From IMG/VR virus record IMGVR_UViG_2563366973_000012, positions 1 to 34,201 of that record: a stretch of 34,201 nucleotides of DNA. One strand, given 5' to 3'. The stretch comes from a virus (Duplodnaviria; Heunggongvirae; Uroviricota; Caudoviricetes). A program made the position numbers and the translations under genes. Shown piece after piece: positions 18,823-28,594 of the stretch. Within the stretch, counting starts at the first letter, position 1; each line of letters begins with the position of its first letter. The notes beneath the pieces were generated by a model. It was not told where the DNA came from and ran no database searches. It saw only the letters and a list, made by a program, of their open reading frames with translations.

Positions 18823-18967
18823 CCCGCAGACGAACGGCGATTTAAGTGCCGATATCCGGCAGCTTGAGAACGCGCTGGCACGTTGTGCCAGCCTGGTAAA
18901 AATGATTAAACACTGTCAGGACGAAAACGATGCTCAAACCCGACAGCCTGCGCAGGGCACTGACTGA
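18677..18967 (+). CDS. lysC: LysC, Rz1-like outer-membrane lipoprotein spanin embedded in the +1 frame of lysB
   Basis: MKTRIFAAGMALTCLMLCAGC has a signal peptide with a lipobox-like LCAGC. The frame overlaps the 3' part of lysB and extends into R. Confidence 0.6.
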   Translation: MKTRIFAAGMALTCLMLCAGCTSVRPALTPVIVANACPKVSLCPMPGSDPQTNGDLSADIRQLENALARCASLVKMIKHCQDENDAQTRQPAQGTD

Positions 18968-19397
18968 TGCCGTCACGGTGCTGAAAACCAGCCCCGAGAT
19001 GCTGCGGATATTCGTGGATAACGGGAGTATTGCCTCCACACTGGCGACGTCGCTGTCATTCGAAAAGCGTTACACGCTCAATGTGATTGTGACCGACTTT
19101 ACCGGTGATTTTGACCTGCTCATCGTGCCGGTGCTGGCGTGGCTGCGGGAAAATCAGCCCGACATCATGACCACTGACGAAGGCCAGAAAAAGGGCTTCA
19201 CGTTTTATGCAGACATCAACAATGACAGCAGCTTTGATATCAGCATCAGCCTGATGCTGACCGAGCGCACGCTGGTCAGTGAGGTGGACGGCGCACTGCA
19301 TGTGAAGAATATCCCGGAACCCACGCCGCCGGAGCCGGTCACCCGCCCGGTGGAGCTTTATATCAATGGCGAACTGGTGAGCAAGTGGGATGAATGA
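18930..19397 (+). CDS. R: Tail completion protein gpR
   Basis: Length and position match P2 R. Confidence 0.8.
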   Translation: MLKPDSLRRALTDAVTVLKTSPEMLRIFVDNGSIASTLATSLSFEKRYTLNVIVTDFTGDFDLLIVPVLAWLRENQPDIMTTDEGQKKGFTFYADINNDSSFDISISLMLTERTLVSEVDGALHVKNIPEPTPPEPVTRPVELYINGELVSKWDE

Positions 19398-19842
19398 GTT
19401 TAAGCGTTTTGAAGACCGGCTGACCGGACTGATTGAATCGCTGTCACCGTCAGGGCGTCGGCGACTGAGCGCCGAACTGGCGAAACGTCTGCGGCAGAGT
19501 CAGCAGCGTCGGGTGATGGCTCAGAAAGCCCCGGACGGCACACCCTACGCGCCACGCCAGCAGCAGAGCGCCAGAAAAAAGACTGGTCGTGTTAAGCGAA
19601 AAATGTTTGCGAAACTTATCACCAGTCGTTTTTTGCATATCCGCGCCAGCCCGGAACAGGCATCAATGGAGTTTTACGGCGGGAAGTCACCGAAAATCGC
19701 CAGCGTGCATCAGTTCGGTCTGTCGGAAGAAACCCGGAAAGACGGTAAGAAAATTGATTATCCGGCGCGTCCTCTGCTCGGCTTTACCGGTGAGGATGTG
19801 CAGATGATTGAAGAGATTATTCTGGCGCACCTCGACCGTTAG
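19390..19842 (+). CDS. S: Tail completion protein gpS
   Basis: Length and position match P2 S. Confidence 0.8.
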   Translation: MNEFKRFEDRLTGLIESLSPSGRRRLSAELAKRLRQSQQRRVMAQKAPDGTPYAPRQQQSARKKTGRVKRKMFAKLITSRFLHIRASPEQASMEFYGGKSPKIASVHQFGLSEETRKDGKKIDYPARPLLGFTGEDVQMIEEIILAHLDR

Positions 19843-19908
19843 TTGTGCCATCCCCGACACCTCATCGTCACATTGCCGCCGGTATGACCCGGCGGCATCC
19901 TTCCCGTT

Positions 19909-20544
19909 ATGAACACTCTCGCAAATATTCAGGAACTCGCGCGCGCACTGCGCAACATGATTCGCACCGGCATTATCGTCGAAACCGACCTTAACGCCGG
20001 TCGCTGCCGTGTGCAGACCGGCGGCATGTGCACCGACTGGCTTCAGTGGCTGACCTGTCGTGCCGGGCGTTCGCGCACATGGTGGGCACCTTCCGTGGGG
20101 GAGCAGGTGCTGATTCTGGCCGTGGGCGGTGAACTCGACACGGCATTCGTTCTGCCGGGGATTTATTCCGGCGATAACCCCGCGCCGTCTGCGTCGGCGG
20201 ATGCCCTGCATATCCGTTTCCCTGACGGGGCGGTGATTGAGTATGAACCCGAAACCAGTGCACTCACGGTAAGCGGAATTAAAACGGCCAGCGTGACGGC
20301 TTCTGATTCTGTTACCGCCACGGTGCCTGTGGTCATGGTGAAAGCATCAACCCGCATCACCCTGGACACACCGGAGGTGGTCTGCACCAACAGGCTGATT
20401 ACCGGCACGCTGGAAGTGCAGAAGGGCGGGACGATGCGCGGCAACATTGAACACACCGGCGGTGAACTCTCATCAAACGGTAAGGTACTGCATACCCATA
20501 AACACCCCGGCGACAGCGGCGGCACAACCGGGAGTCCTCTATGA
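19909..20544 (+). CDS. V: Baseplate spike/assembly protein gpV
   Basis: Length and position match P2 V. Confidence 0.85.
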   Translation: MNTLANIQELARALRNMIRTGIIVETDLNAGRCRVQTGGMCTDWLQWLTCRAGRSRTWWAPSVGEQVLILAVGGELDTAFVLPGIYSGDNPAPSASADALHIRFPDGAVIEYEPETSALTVSGIKTASVTASDSVTATVPVVMVKASTRITLDTPEVVCTNRLITGTLEVQKGGTMRGNIEHTGGELSSNGKVLHTHKHPGDSGGTTGSPL

Positions 20545-20888
20545 CAGCGCGTTATCTCGGAATGAATCGCAGTGATGGCCTGACTGTCACTGACCTTGAG
20601 CATATCAGCCAGAGTATCGGCGATATCCTGCGCACACCGGTCGGCTCACGGGTGATGCGTCGTGATTACGGCTCGTTGCTGGCGTCAATGATTGACCAGC
20701 CGCAGACCCCGGCGCTTGAGTTGCAGATTAAGGTCGCCTGTTACATGTCCGTGCTGAAATGGGAACCCCGCGTCACCCTGTCATCCGTCACCACGGCGCG
20801 CAGTTTTGACGGGCGAATGACGGTCACGTTAACCGGTCAGCACAACGACACCGGCCAGCCACTTTCGTTAACCATCCCTGTGAGTTGA
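20541..20888 (+). CDS. W: Baseplate wedge protein gpW (GPW/gp25 family)
   Basis: 115 aa; overlaps the V stop. Confidence 0.85.
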   Translation: MTARYLGMNRSDGLTVTDLEHISQSIGDILRTPVGSRVMRRDYGSLLASMIDQPQTPALELQIKVACYMSVLKWEPRVTLSSVTTARSFDGRMTVTLTGQHNDTGQPLSLTIPVS

Positions 20889-20892
20889 AACC

Positions 20893-21801
20893 ATGCCGAT
20901 TATCGACCTGAACCAGCTACCCGCACCGGATGTGGTCGAGGAGCTGGACTTTGAAACCATTCTCGCTGAACGCAAGGCGACACTGATTTCCCTTTACCCG
21001 GAAGACCAGCAGGAGGCGGTCGCCCGTACCCTGACGCTGGAATCCGAGCCTCTCGTCAAACTGCTGGAGGAAAATGCTTATCGTGAGCTTATCTGGCGTC
21101 AGCGTGTGAATGAGGCCGCACGGGCGGTAATGCTGGCCTGTGCTGCCGGTAATGACCTTGATGTGATTGGTGCCAATTACAACACCACGCGCCTGATTAT
21201 CACCCCGGCAGATGATTCGACTATCCCGCCGACACCGGCAGTGATGGAATCTGACACCGATTATCGTCTGCGTATTCAGCAGGCGTTTGAAGGTTTAAGC
21301 GTCGCCGGGTCGGTGGGTGCCTATCAGTATCATGGTCGCAGTGCCGACGGGCGTGTCGCAGATATCTCTGTCACCAGCCCTTCTCCGGCCTGCGTCACCA
21401 TCTCCGTGCTGTCTCGCGAAAATAACGGTGTTGCATCCGAAGACCTGCTGGCGGCGGTGCGTAACGCCCTTAATGGCGAGGACGTCAGGCCGGTGGCCGA
21501 CCGCGTGACCGTGCAGTCTGCCGCCATCGTTGAATACCAGATAAACGCCACGCTTTACCTTTACCCTGGTCCCGAAAGCGAACCCATCCGCGCTGCTGCC
21601 GTGAAAAAACTGGAAGCGTACATCACAGCACAGCACCGGCTGGGGCGCGACATCCGTCTGTCTGCCATTTATGCTGCTTTGCATGTGGAAGGCGTGCAGC
21701 GTGTCGAACTGACTGCACCGCTGGCCGACATCGTGCTCAACAGTACGCAGGCGTCTTTCTGTACCGAATACCGCGTCGTGACCGGAGGCTCGGATGAGTG
21801 A
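20893..21801 (+). CDS. J: Baseplate protein gpJ
   Basis: Length and position match P2 J. Confidence 0.85.
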   Translation: MPIIDLNQLPAPDVVEELDFETILAERKATLISLYPEDQQEAVARTLTLESEPLVKLLEENAYRELIWRQRVNEAARAVMLACAAGNDLDVIGANYNTTRLIITPADDSTIPPTPAVMESDTDYRLRIQQAFEGLSVAGSVGAYQYHGRSADGRVADISVTSPSPACVTISVLSRENNGVASEDLLAAVRNALNGEDVRPVADRVTVQSAAIVEYQINATLYLYPGPESEPIRAAAVKKLEAYITAQHRLGRDIRLSAIYAALHVEGVQRVELTAPLADIVLNSTQASFCTEYRVVTGGSDE

Positions 21802-22324
21802 TTCGCGACTGCTGCCGACCGGCTCATCACCGCTTGAAGTTGCTGCCGCAAAAGCCTGTGCGGAAATTGAAAAAACGCCGGTCAGTATTCGTGAACTGTG
21901 GAACCCGGACACCTGCCCGGCAAATCTGCTGCCGTGGCTGGCGTGGGCGTTTTCGGTCGACAGGTGGGATGAAAAGTGGCCGGAAGCGACCAAGCGCGCC
22001 GTTATTCGCGATGCCTATTTCATCCACTGTCATAAAGGCACTATAGGCGCAATCCGGCGTGTGGTGGAGCCGCTCGGCTATCTCATTAACGTAAAGGAAT
22101 GGTGGGAGACAAACGACCCGCCCGGAACCTTTCGCCTTGATATCGGTGTGCTGGAAAGCGGCATCACGGAGGAGATGTATCTGGAAATGGAACGGCTGAT
22201 TGCCGATGCCAAACCCGCAAGTCGCCACCTTATCGGCCTGAACATTATCCAGGACATTCCCGGCTATCTGTATACAGGCGGTGTGGTCTGTGATGGTGAT
22301 GTTATTACTGTTTATCCCGGATAA
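21794..22324 (+). CDS. I: Baseplate protein gpI
   Basis: Length and position match P2 I; overlaps the J stop. Confidence 0.85.
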   Translation: MSDSRLLPTGSSPLEVAAAKACAEIEKTPVSIRELWNPDTCPANLLPWLAWAFSVDRWDEKWPEATKRAVIRDAYFIHCHKGTIGAIRRVVEPLGYLINVKEWWETNDPPGTFRLDIGVLESGITEEMYLEMERLIADAKPASRHLIGLNIIQDIPGYLYTGGVVCDGDVITVYPG

Positions 22325-22334
22325 GTGAGAAACA

Positions 22335-25070
22335 ATGAGCACGAAATTTAAAACCGTTATCACTACTGCCGGAGCCGCGAAGCTGGCAGCCGCCACTGTC
22401 CCCGGCGGGAAAAAAGTAAACCTGTCTGCAATGGCCGTGGGTGACGGTAATGGCAAATTGCCGGTGCCGGATGCCGGTCAGACGAAGCTGGTGCATGAGG
22501 TCTGGCGTCATGCCCTGAATAAAGTCAGCGTGGATAATAAGAATAAAAACTATATCGTGGCTGAACTGGTTGTTCCGCCAGAAGTGGGCGGCTTCTGGAT
22601 GCGTGAGCTTGGTCTGTATGACGATGCCGGAACACTGATTGCGGTATCCAACATGGCAGAAAGCTATAAGCCAGAACTGGCTGAAGGCTCCGGACGTGCG
22701 CAGACCTGCCGCATGGTTATTATTCTCAGCAACGTGGCGTCCGTTGAGCTGAGTATTGATGCCAGCACAGTGATGGCGACGCAGGATTACGTCGATGACA
22801 AAATCGCAGAGCATGAGCAGTCCCGCCGCCATCCTGACGCCACGCTGACAGAAAAAGGTTTTACTCAGTTAAGCAGTGCAACAAACAGCACCAGTGAGTC
22901 ATTGGCAGCAACGCCAAAAGCGGTCAAGGCAGCAAATGACAACGCAAATTCACGTCTGGCGAAAAATCAGAATGGTGCAGATATCCAGGATAAATCAGCT
23001 TTTCTGGACAATGTTGGCGTTACCAGCCTGACGTTTATGAAAAACAATGGCGAAATGCCGGTTGATGCTGATCTGAATACGTTTGGTCCTGTTAAGGCTT
23101 ATTCAGGTATCTGGTCTAAAGCTACATCCACTAACGCGACGGCTGCTAAAAATTTCCCTGAAGACGGTGCAGTCGGTGTACTGGAGGTATTCAATGGCGG
23201 TAATTTTTCAGGAATGCAGCGTTATACCACCAGAACAGGCAATGTTTATATGCGCAACCTTTCTGGCACATGGAATGGTTCAGACGGTCCGTGGAGTTAC
23301 TGGCGTCAGGTTCAGTCTGCAACACGCCCCCTGAGCACAACCATTGACCTGAACACGCTCGGAGGCGCAGAGCATCTTGGTTTATGGCGAAACAGTAGTG
23401 GCTCAATCGCTTCATTTGACCGCAACTATCCGGAAGAAGGAAGTTATGGTCAGGGACTCCTTGAAGTTCTTGAAGGTGGTGGTTACTCGCGAACGCAGCG
23501 TTACACGACCCGCCGTGGAAATGTTTATGTTCGCTGTCTTTCGGCCTCGTGGGATGCAGAGAACCCACAGTGGGAGCCGTGGTCAAGAGTGGGCTACCAG
23601 TCAGAAAGCCGTTATTACGACGGTGATTTGAATGATGTAACCTCACCAGGTATTTACAGCGTTACAGGTAAAGCGACCAATGGTCCAATACTGGACGGAA
23701 ACGGCGTGACAGTCCTCGGTATTCTGGAAGTGTTGAGGCGCTTTGATGGTGTTAACGTATGGCAGCGTTATACAACTGCCGGAACAGGTACAACCCTTAA
23801 AGGTCGCACGTTTGAGCGCGTTTTTACCGGCAGCTCATGGAGCGAATGGCGGGAAGTTTACACATCTTATTCACTTCCCCTGAATCTGGGTATCGGTGGC
23901 GCAGTAGCAAAACTCACCAGCCTGGACTGGCAGACATACGATTTTGTGCCGGGCAGTCTGATAACCGTTCGGCTGGATAACATGACCAATATTCCCGACG
24001 GTATGGACTGGGGCGTCATTGATGGCAACCTGATAAACATCTCAGTCGGTCCGAGTGATGATTCTGGTTCGGGACGCTCAATGCATGTATGGCGCAGCAC
24101 TGTAAGTAAAGCCAACTACCGCTTTTTTATGGTGCGTATTTCAGGAAATCCGGGAAGCCGCACGATTACAGCAAGACGAGTACCAATCATTGACGAAGCC
24201 CAGACATGGGGCGCGAAACAGACATTCAGTGCTGGCCTTTCTGGTGAACTGTCCGGCAATGCGGCGACAGCAACAAAGCTGAAAACAGCCCGTAAAATTA
24301 ATAACGTTTCGTTTGATGGAACATCAGATATTAACCTGACGCCGAAAAATATTGGTGCATTTGCTTCAGGAAAAACAGGAGACACCGTTGCGAATGATAA
24401 AGCCGTTGGATGGAACTGGAGTAGCGGAGCCTATAACGCAACTATTGGTGGGGCATCAACGTTAATTCTTCATTTTAATATCGGTGAAGGAAGTTGCCCC
24501 GCCGCCCAGTTCCGCGTTAATTATAAGAACGGCGGTATTTTTTATCGTTCTGCTCGTGACGGTTACGGATTCGAGGCTGACTGGTCTGAGTTTTATACCA
24601 CAACGCGAAAACCTACAGCGGGAGATGTCGGTGCACTGCCGTTATCTGGTGGTCAATTGAATGGTGCTCTGGGTATAGGAACATCCAGTGCTCTTGGCGG
24701 TAATTCGATTGTTTTGGGTGATAATGACACGGGCTTTAAACAAAATGGTGATGGTAATCTGGATGTTTATGCTAATAGCGTCCATGTTATGCGCTTTGTC
24801 TCGGGAAGTATTCAAAGTAATAAAACCATAAATATTACGGGGCGTGTTAATCCCTCGGATTACGGTAACTTTGATTCCCGCTATGTGAGAGATGTCAGAC
24901 TTGGCACACGTGTTGTTCAGACCATGCAAAAAGGCGTGATGTATGAAAAATCAGGCCATGTAATCACGGGGCTTGGTATTGTCGGTGAAGTCGATGGTGA
25001 TGATCCAGCAGTATTCAGACCAATACAAAAATACATCAATGGCACATGGTATAACGTTGCGCAGGTGTAA
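22335..25070 (+). CDS. H: Tail fiber protein gpH (911 aa), longer than P2 H, with a triplicated internal module
   Basis: N-terminus is the conserved P2 H type (MSTKFKTVITTAGAAKLAAA); the central and C-terminal parts are divergent and contain three related repeats. Confidence 0.85.
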   Translation: MSTKFKTVITTAGAAKLAAATVPGGKKVNLSAMAVGDGNGKLPVPDAGQTKLVHEVWRHALNKVSVDNKNKNYIVAELVVPPEVGGFWMRELGLYDDAGTLIAVSNMAESYKPELAEGSGRAQTCRMVIILSNVASVELSIDASTVMATQDYVDDKIAEHEQSRRHPDATLTEKGFTQLSSATNSTSESLAATPKAVKAANDNANSRLAKNQNGADIQDKSAFLDNVGVTSLTFMKNNGEMPVDADLNTFGPVKAYSGIWSKATSTNATAAKNFPEDGAVGVLEVFNGGNFSGMQRYTTRTGNVYMRNLSGTWNGSDGPWSYWRQVQSATRPLSTTIDLNTLGGAEHLGLWRNSSGSIASFDRNYPEEGSYGQGLLEVLEGGGYSRTQRYTTRRGNVYVRCLSASWDAENPQWEPWSRVGYQSESRYYDGDLNDVTSPGIYSVTGKATNGPILDGNGVTVLGILEVLRRFDGVNVWQRYTTAGTGTTLKGRTFERVFTGSSWSEWREVYTSYSLPLNLGIGGAVAKLTSLDWQTYDFVPGSLITVRLDNMTNIPDGMDWGVIDGNLINISVGPSDDSGSGRSMHVWRSTVSKANYRFFMVRISGNPGSRTITARRVPIIDEAQTWGAKQTFSAGLSGELSGNAATATKLKTARKINNVSFDGTSDINLTPKNIGAFASGKTGDTVANDKAVGWNWSSGAYNATIGGASTLILHFNIGEGSCPAAQFRVNYKNGGIFYRSARDGYGFEADWSEFYTTTRKPTAGDVGALPLSGGQLNGALGIGTSSALGGNSIVLGDNDTGFKQNGDGNLDVYANSVHVMRFVSGSIQSNKTINITGRVNPSDYGNFDSRYVRDVRLGTRVVQTMQKGVMYEKSGHVITGLGIVGEVDGDDPAVFRPIQKYINGTWYNVAQV

Positions 25071-25073
25071 ATT

Positions 25074-25601
25074 ATGCAGCATTTAAAAAACATTAAGTCA
25101 GGTAATCCAAAAACAAAAGAACAATATCAGCTAACAAAGAATTTTGATGTTATCTGGTTATGGTCCGAAGACGGAAAAAACTGGTATGAGGAAGTAAGTA
25201 ATTTTCAGGAAGACACGATAAAGATTGTTTACGATGAAAATAATATTATTGTCGGCATCACCAGAGATGCTTCAACGCTCAACCCTGAAGGTTTCAGCGT
25301 TGTCGAGGTTCCTGATATTACCGCCAACCGACGTGCTGATGACTCAGGGAAATGGATGTTTAAGGATGGTGCCGTGATTAAGCGGATTTATACGGCAGAC
25401 GAACAGCAACAACAGGCAGAATCACAAAAGGCCGCGTTACTTTCCGAAGCGGAAAGCGTTATTCAGCCACTGGAGCGCGCTGTCAGGCTGAACATGGCAA
25501 CAGATGAGGAGCGTAGCCGACTGGAAGCATGGGAACGCTACAGTGTTCTGGTCAGCCGTGTGGATCCTGCAAATCCTGAATGGCCGGAAATGCCGCAATA
25601 A
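25074..25601 (+). CDS. G: Tail fiber assembly protein gpG (175 aa)
   Basis: Immediately downstream of H; size and position typical of a tail fiber assembly chaperone. Confidence 0.8.
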   Translation: MQHLKNIKSGNPKTKEQYQLTKNFDVIWLWSEDGKNWYEEVSNFQEDTIKIVYDENNIIVGITRDASTLNPEGFSVVEVPDITANRRADDSGKWMFKDGAVIKRIYTADEQQQQAESQKAALLSEAESVIQPLERAVRLNMATDEERSRLEAWERYSVLVSRVDPANPEWPEMPQ

Positions 25602-25623
25602 GTGATATGATCTCTTGTGTTAG

Positions 25624-25710
25624 TTAACATAGCTATAGTACAGAGTAAGGCCTAATCTGACAGTCCGCTCTGTGCTAGGAGCGGACATTATCAACATCAT
25701 GCTATGTTAA
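25624..25710. repeat. Nested inverted-repeat structure at the left edge of the G-FI hotspot
   Basis: Outer 10-bp inverted repeat TTAACATAGC (25624-25633) / GCTATGTTAA (25701-25710); inner perfect 8-bp stem GTCCGCTC (25663-25670) / GAGCGGAC (25679-25686) with an 8-nt loop. Confidence 0.4.
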
Positions 25711-25926
25711 TGTATAAAGTGAAGATAAATTGATATAATAAGGCCACCATGAATATTTCAGAACCTTGTCAAAAGGTTTGCACATACTCTAGTCTTGCAA
25801 TGTGTAGTTGATAGTTCCACTGAGGAGGTTCTTCGACATTCTTTATAAAAATGTACATTTTCATCAATAATAAGAGGTAAAAGGGCTTTAATAGTTTTTT
25901 GTGGATGTTATGTCCACTCATAAATT

Positions 25927-25955
25927 TTGAGATAAGTATTGAGTTGAGATAAAGT
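25927..25955 (+). promoter_or_regulatory. Candidate sigma70 promoter for the second cargo gene
   Basis: TTGAGA-17 nt-TAAAGT, about 35 nt upstream of the ATG at 25991; RBS AAGGA at 25979-25983. By eye only. Confidence 0.2.
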
Positions 25956-25990
25956 TAAACTCGTTAAATTCACCTTTAAAAGGATAAAGC

Positions 25991-26518
25991 ATGGACTGGA
26001 AAGATCTTGCATCAACCGCTGTGTATACAGGTATGACTGATGAAAATGAAAACATATGGGGACGTGTTGATGGGGTTGACGTTGCCTTCATAGGTGCCTT
26101 TCTTACTGCGCACTTGAGCCTTGAAAAGTATATTACTGATTATCTTGGATTAAGATATCCTTCGTTAGCTTGGGGTGATGCAAAACTCACATTTTCACAA
26201 AAAATAGCTTTAATACAACATGAGCCTGCAAAACCCCCTTATGATGAAATATATTTAAGAATAAAAGACTTTAACAGCATAAGAAATAAAATCAGTCATC
26301 AATTGAATTATCAGATTACGGATAAAGAAAAAAGTAAGTTTGTGGACTTCTACATGAAGATTACTAAAGCCAGTAAAACTAAACCAAATATTGATATTGA
26401 TAACATGGCGGATTTGTTGGATTTTTTCGTATCGATGACAAAATCCTATTTTGCTAGTGCTATTTCTTATTATCACTATAATAAAAAGGTTGCAGGTAAA
26501 AGTAATAAAATTGATTAA
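25991..26518 (+). CDS. Hotspot cargo protein, 175 aa, unknown family; candidate anti-phage effector with an R-x4-H motif (RNKISH)
   Basis: Clean ORF with RBS AAGGA; AT-rich; located where P2 carries Z/fun between G and FI. Confidence 0.65.
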   Translation: MDWKDLASTAVYTGMTDENENIWGRVDGVDVAFIGAFLTAHLSLEKYITDYLGLRYPSLAWGDAKLTFSQKIALIQHEPAKPPYDEIYLRIKDFNSIRNKISHQLNYQITDKEKSKFVDFYMKITKASKTKPNIDIDNMADLLDFFVSMTKSYFASAISYYHYNKKVAGKSNKID

Positions 26519-26691
26519 TAAAACTGGACTTAGGGATAATTAATATATAGACGTTCTATCATTTTTAGAGTGTGCGGCAGCTCCATACATTCATGCGGAT
26601 GTCAGCACCTCGCTCAAAGCAGACAGTCAGATTTGATAGCGTTTGGACTATGTAAATAGTCAGTTGGAAAATGAGTGAGTACAAATCAGGA

Positions 26692-26719
26692 CAGGCGGGC
26701 GAATTGCCCGCCTTTTCTT
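26692..26719 (+). terminator. Rho-independent terminator
   Basis: AGGCGGGC-GAAT-TGCCCGCCT hairpin followed by TTTTCTTT; lies between the cargo gene and the FI late operon. Confidence 0.6.
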
Positions 26720-26816
26720 TATCTGTTGTTTCATCCACTGACCAGCCAGGTCAAATAGCGCCTCATACTCTGCACAACAGAAAATAATTGCACCCATTAA
26801 CCACGGAGTTAAACGG

Positions 26817-28007
26817 ATGAGTGACTATCATCACGGCGTGCAGGTGCTGGAGATTAACGAGGGCACCCGCGTCATTTCCACTGTATCCACGGCCATTGTC
26901 GGCATGGTCTGCACGGCCAGCGATGCGGATGCGGAAACCTTCCCCCTCAATAAACCTGTGCTGATTACCAATGTGCAGAGCGCAATTGCAAAGGCCGGTA
27001 AAAAAGGCACGCTGGCGGCATCGTTGCAGGCCATCGCCGACCAGTCAAAACCGGTCACCGTTGTCGTGCGTGTGGAAGACGGCACCGGCGACGACGAGGA
27101 AACGAAACTTGCGCAAACCGTTTCCAATATCATCGGCACCACCGACGAAAACGGTCAGTACACCGGACTGAAAGCCCTGCTGGCGGCGGAGTCGGTAACC
27201 GGTGTTAAACCGCGCATTCTCGGTGTGCCGGGACTGGACACCAAAGAGGTTGCCGTCGCACTGGCATCAGTCTGTCAGAAGCTGCGCGCTTTCGGGTATA
27301 TCAGCGCATGGGGCTGTAAAACCATTTCCGAGGTGAAAGCCTACCGCCAGAATTTCAGCCAGCGTGAGCTGATGGTCATCTGGCCGGATTTCCTCGCATG
27401 GGATACGGTCACCAGTACTACCGCCACCGCGTATGCCACCGCCCGTGCGCTGGGTCTGCGTGCCAGAATTGACCAGGAGCAGGGCTGGCATAAAACGCTG
27501 TCCAATGTCGGGGTGAACGGTGTTACCGGCATCAGCGCCTCTGTATTCTGGGATTTGCAGGAGTCCGGCACCGATGCTGACCTGCTTAACGAGTCAGGCG
27601 TCACTACGCTGATTCGCCGCGACGGTTTCCGCTTCTGGGGTAACCGTACCTGCTCTGATGACCCGCTGTTCCTCTTTGAAAACTATACCCGCACCGCGCA
27701 GGTGCTGGCCGACACGATGGCTGAGGCGCACATGTGGGCGGTGGACAAGCCCATCACCGCAACGCTGATTCGCGACATCGTTGACGGCATCAATGCCAAA
27801 TTCCGTGAGCTGAAAACAAACGGCTATATCGTGGATGCGACCTGCTGGTTCAGCGAAGAATCCAACGATGCGGAAACCCTCAAGGCCGGAAAACTGTATA
27901 TCGACTACGACTATACACCGGTACCTCCTCTTGAAAACCTGACCCTGCGCCAGCGTATTACCGATAAATACCTGGCAAATCTGGTCACCTCGGTTAACAG
28001 CAATTAA
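26817..28007 (+). CDS. FI: Tail sheath protein gpFI (396 aa)
   Basis: Length and position match P2 FI. Confidence 0.9.
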   Translation: MSDYHHGVQVLEINEGTRVISTVSTAIVGMVCTASDADAETFPLNKPVLITNVQSAIAKAGKKGTLAASLQAIADQSKPVTVVVRVEDGTGDDEETKLAQTVSNIIGTTDENGQYTGLKALLAAESVTGVKPRILGVPGLDTKEVAVALASVCQKLRAFGYISAWGCKTISEVKAYRQNFSQRELMVIWPDFLAWDTVTSTTATAYATARALGLRARIDQEQGWHKTLSNVGVNGVTGISASVFWDLQESGTDADLLNESGVTTLIRRDGFRFWGNRTCSDDPLFLFENYTRTAQVLADTMAEAHMWAVDKPITATLIRDIVDGINAKFRELKTNGYIVDATCWFSEESNDAETLKAGKLYIDYDYTPVPPLENLTLRQRITDKYLANLVTSVNSN

Positions 28008-28019
28008 GGAGCCTGACCG

Positions 28020-28538
28020 ATGGCAATGCCGCGCAAACTCAAGTTAATGAACGTCTTTCTGAACGGCTACAGCTATCAGGGCGTTGCAAAGTCCGTCACG
28101 CTGCCAAAACTGACCCGTAAGCTCGAAAACTATCGCGGTGCGGGGATGAACGGCAGCGCACCGGTAGACCTCGGCCTTGATGACGATGCGCTGTCAATGG
28201 AGTGGTCGCTCGGTGGCTTCCCGGATTCGGTTATCTGGGAGCTTTACGCCTCAACCGGTGTGGATGCCGTGCCGATTCGTTTTGCAGGCTCTTACCAGCG
28301 CGACGATACCGGCGAAACGGTGGCCGTCGAAGTGGTCATGCGTGGACGTCAGAAAGAAATCGACACCGGCGAGGGTAAACAGGGAGAAGACACCGAGTCG
28401 AAAATCTCCGTGGTCTGCACCTATTTCCGGCTGACGATGGACGGTAAGGAGCTGGTCGAAATCGACACCATCAACATGATTGAGAAGGTGAACGGCGTCG
28501 ACCGGCTGGAGCAACACCGCCGAAATATCGGCCTGTGA
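28020..28538 (+). CDS. FII: Tail tube protein gpFII (172 aa)
   Basis: Length and position match P2 FII. Confidence 0.9.
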   Translation: MAMPRKLKLMNVFLNGYSYQGVAKSVTLPKLTRKLENYRGAGMNGSAPVDLGLDDDALSMEWSLGGFPDSVIWELYASTGVDAVPIRFAGSYQRDDTGETVAVEVVMRGRQKEIDTGEGKQGEDTESKISVVCTYFRLTMDGKELVEIDTINMIEKVNGVDRLEQHRRNIGL

Positions 28539-28594
28539 TTTTCATCCGGTCAGCCTGGCTGACCGGTTAACCCTGATTCAGAAGTGAGAAAACC

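Noticed and set aside
21295-22832. Antisense ORFs overlapping J, I and the H start (21295-21993, 21827-22456, 22305-22832)
   Set aside because: Shadow ORFs within the baseplate genes; no independent support.
25749-25805. 18-codon ORF (MNISEPCQKVCTYSSLAMCS) upstream of the 175-aa cargo gene as a possible antitoxin or leader peptide
   Set aside because: Too short and without a clear RBS to call; mentioned only as something to examine if the cargo gene proves toxic.
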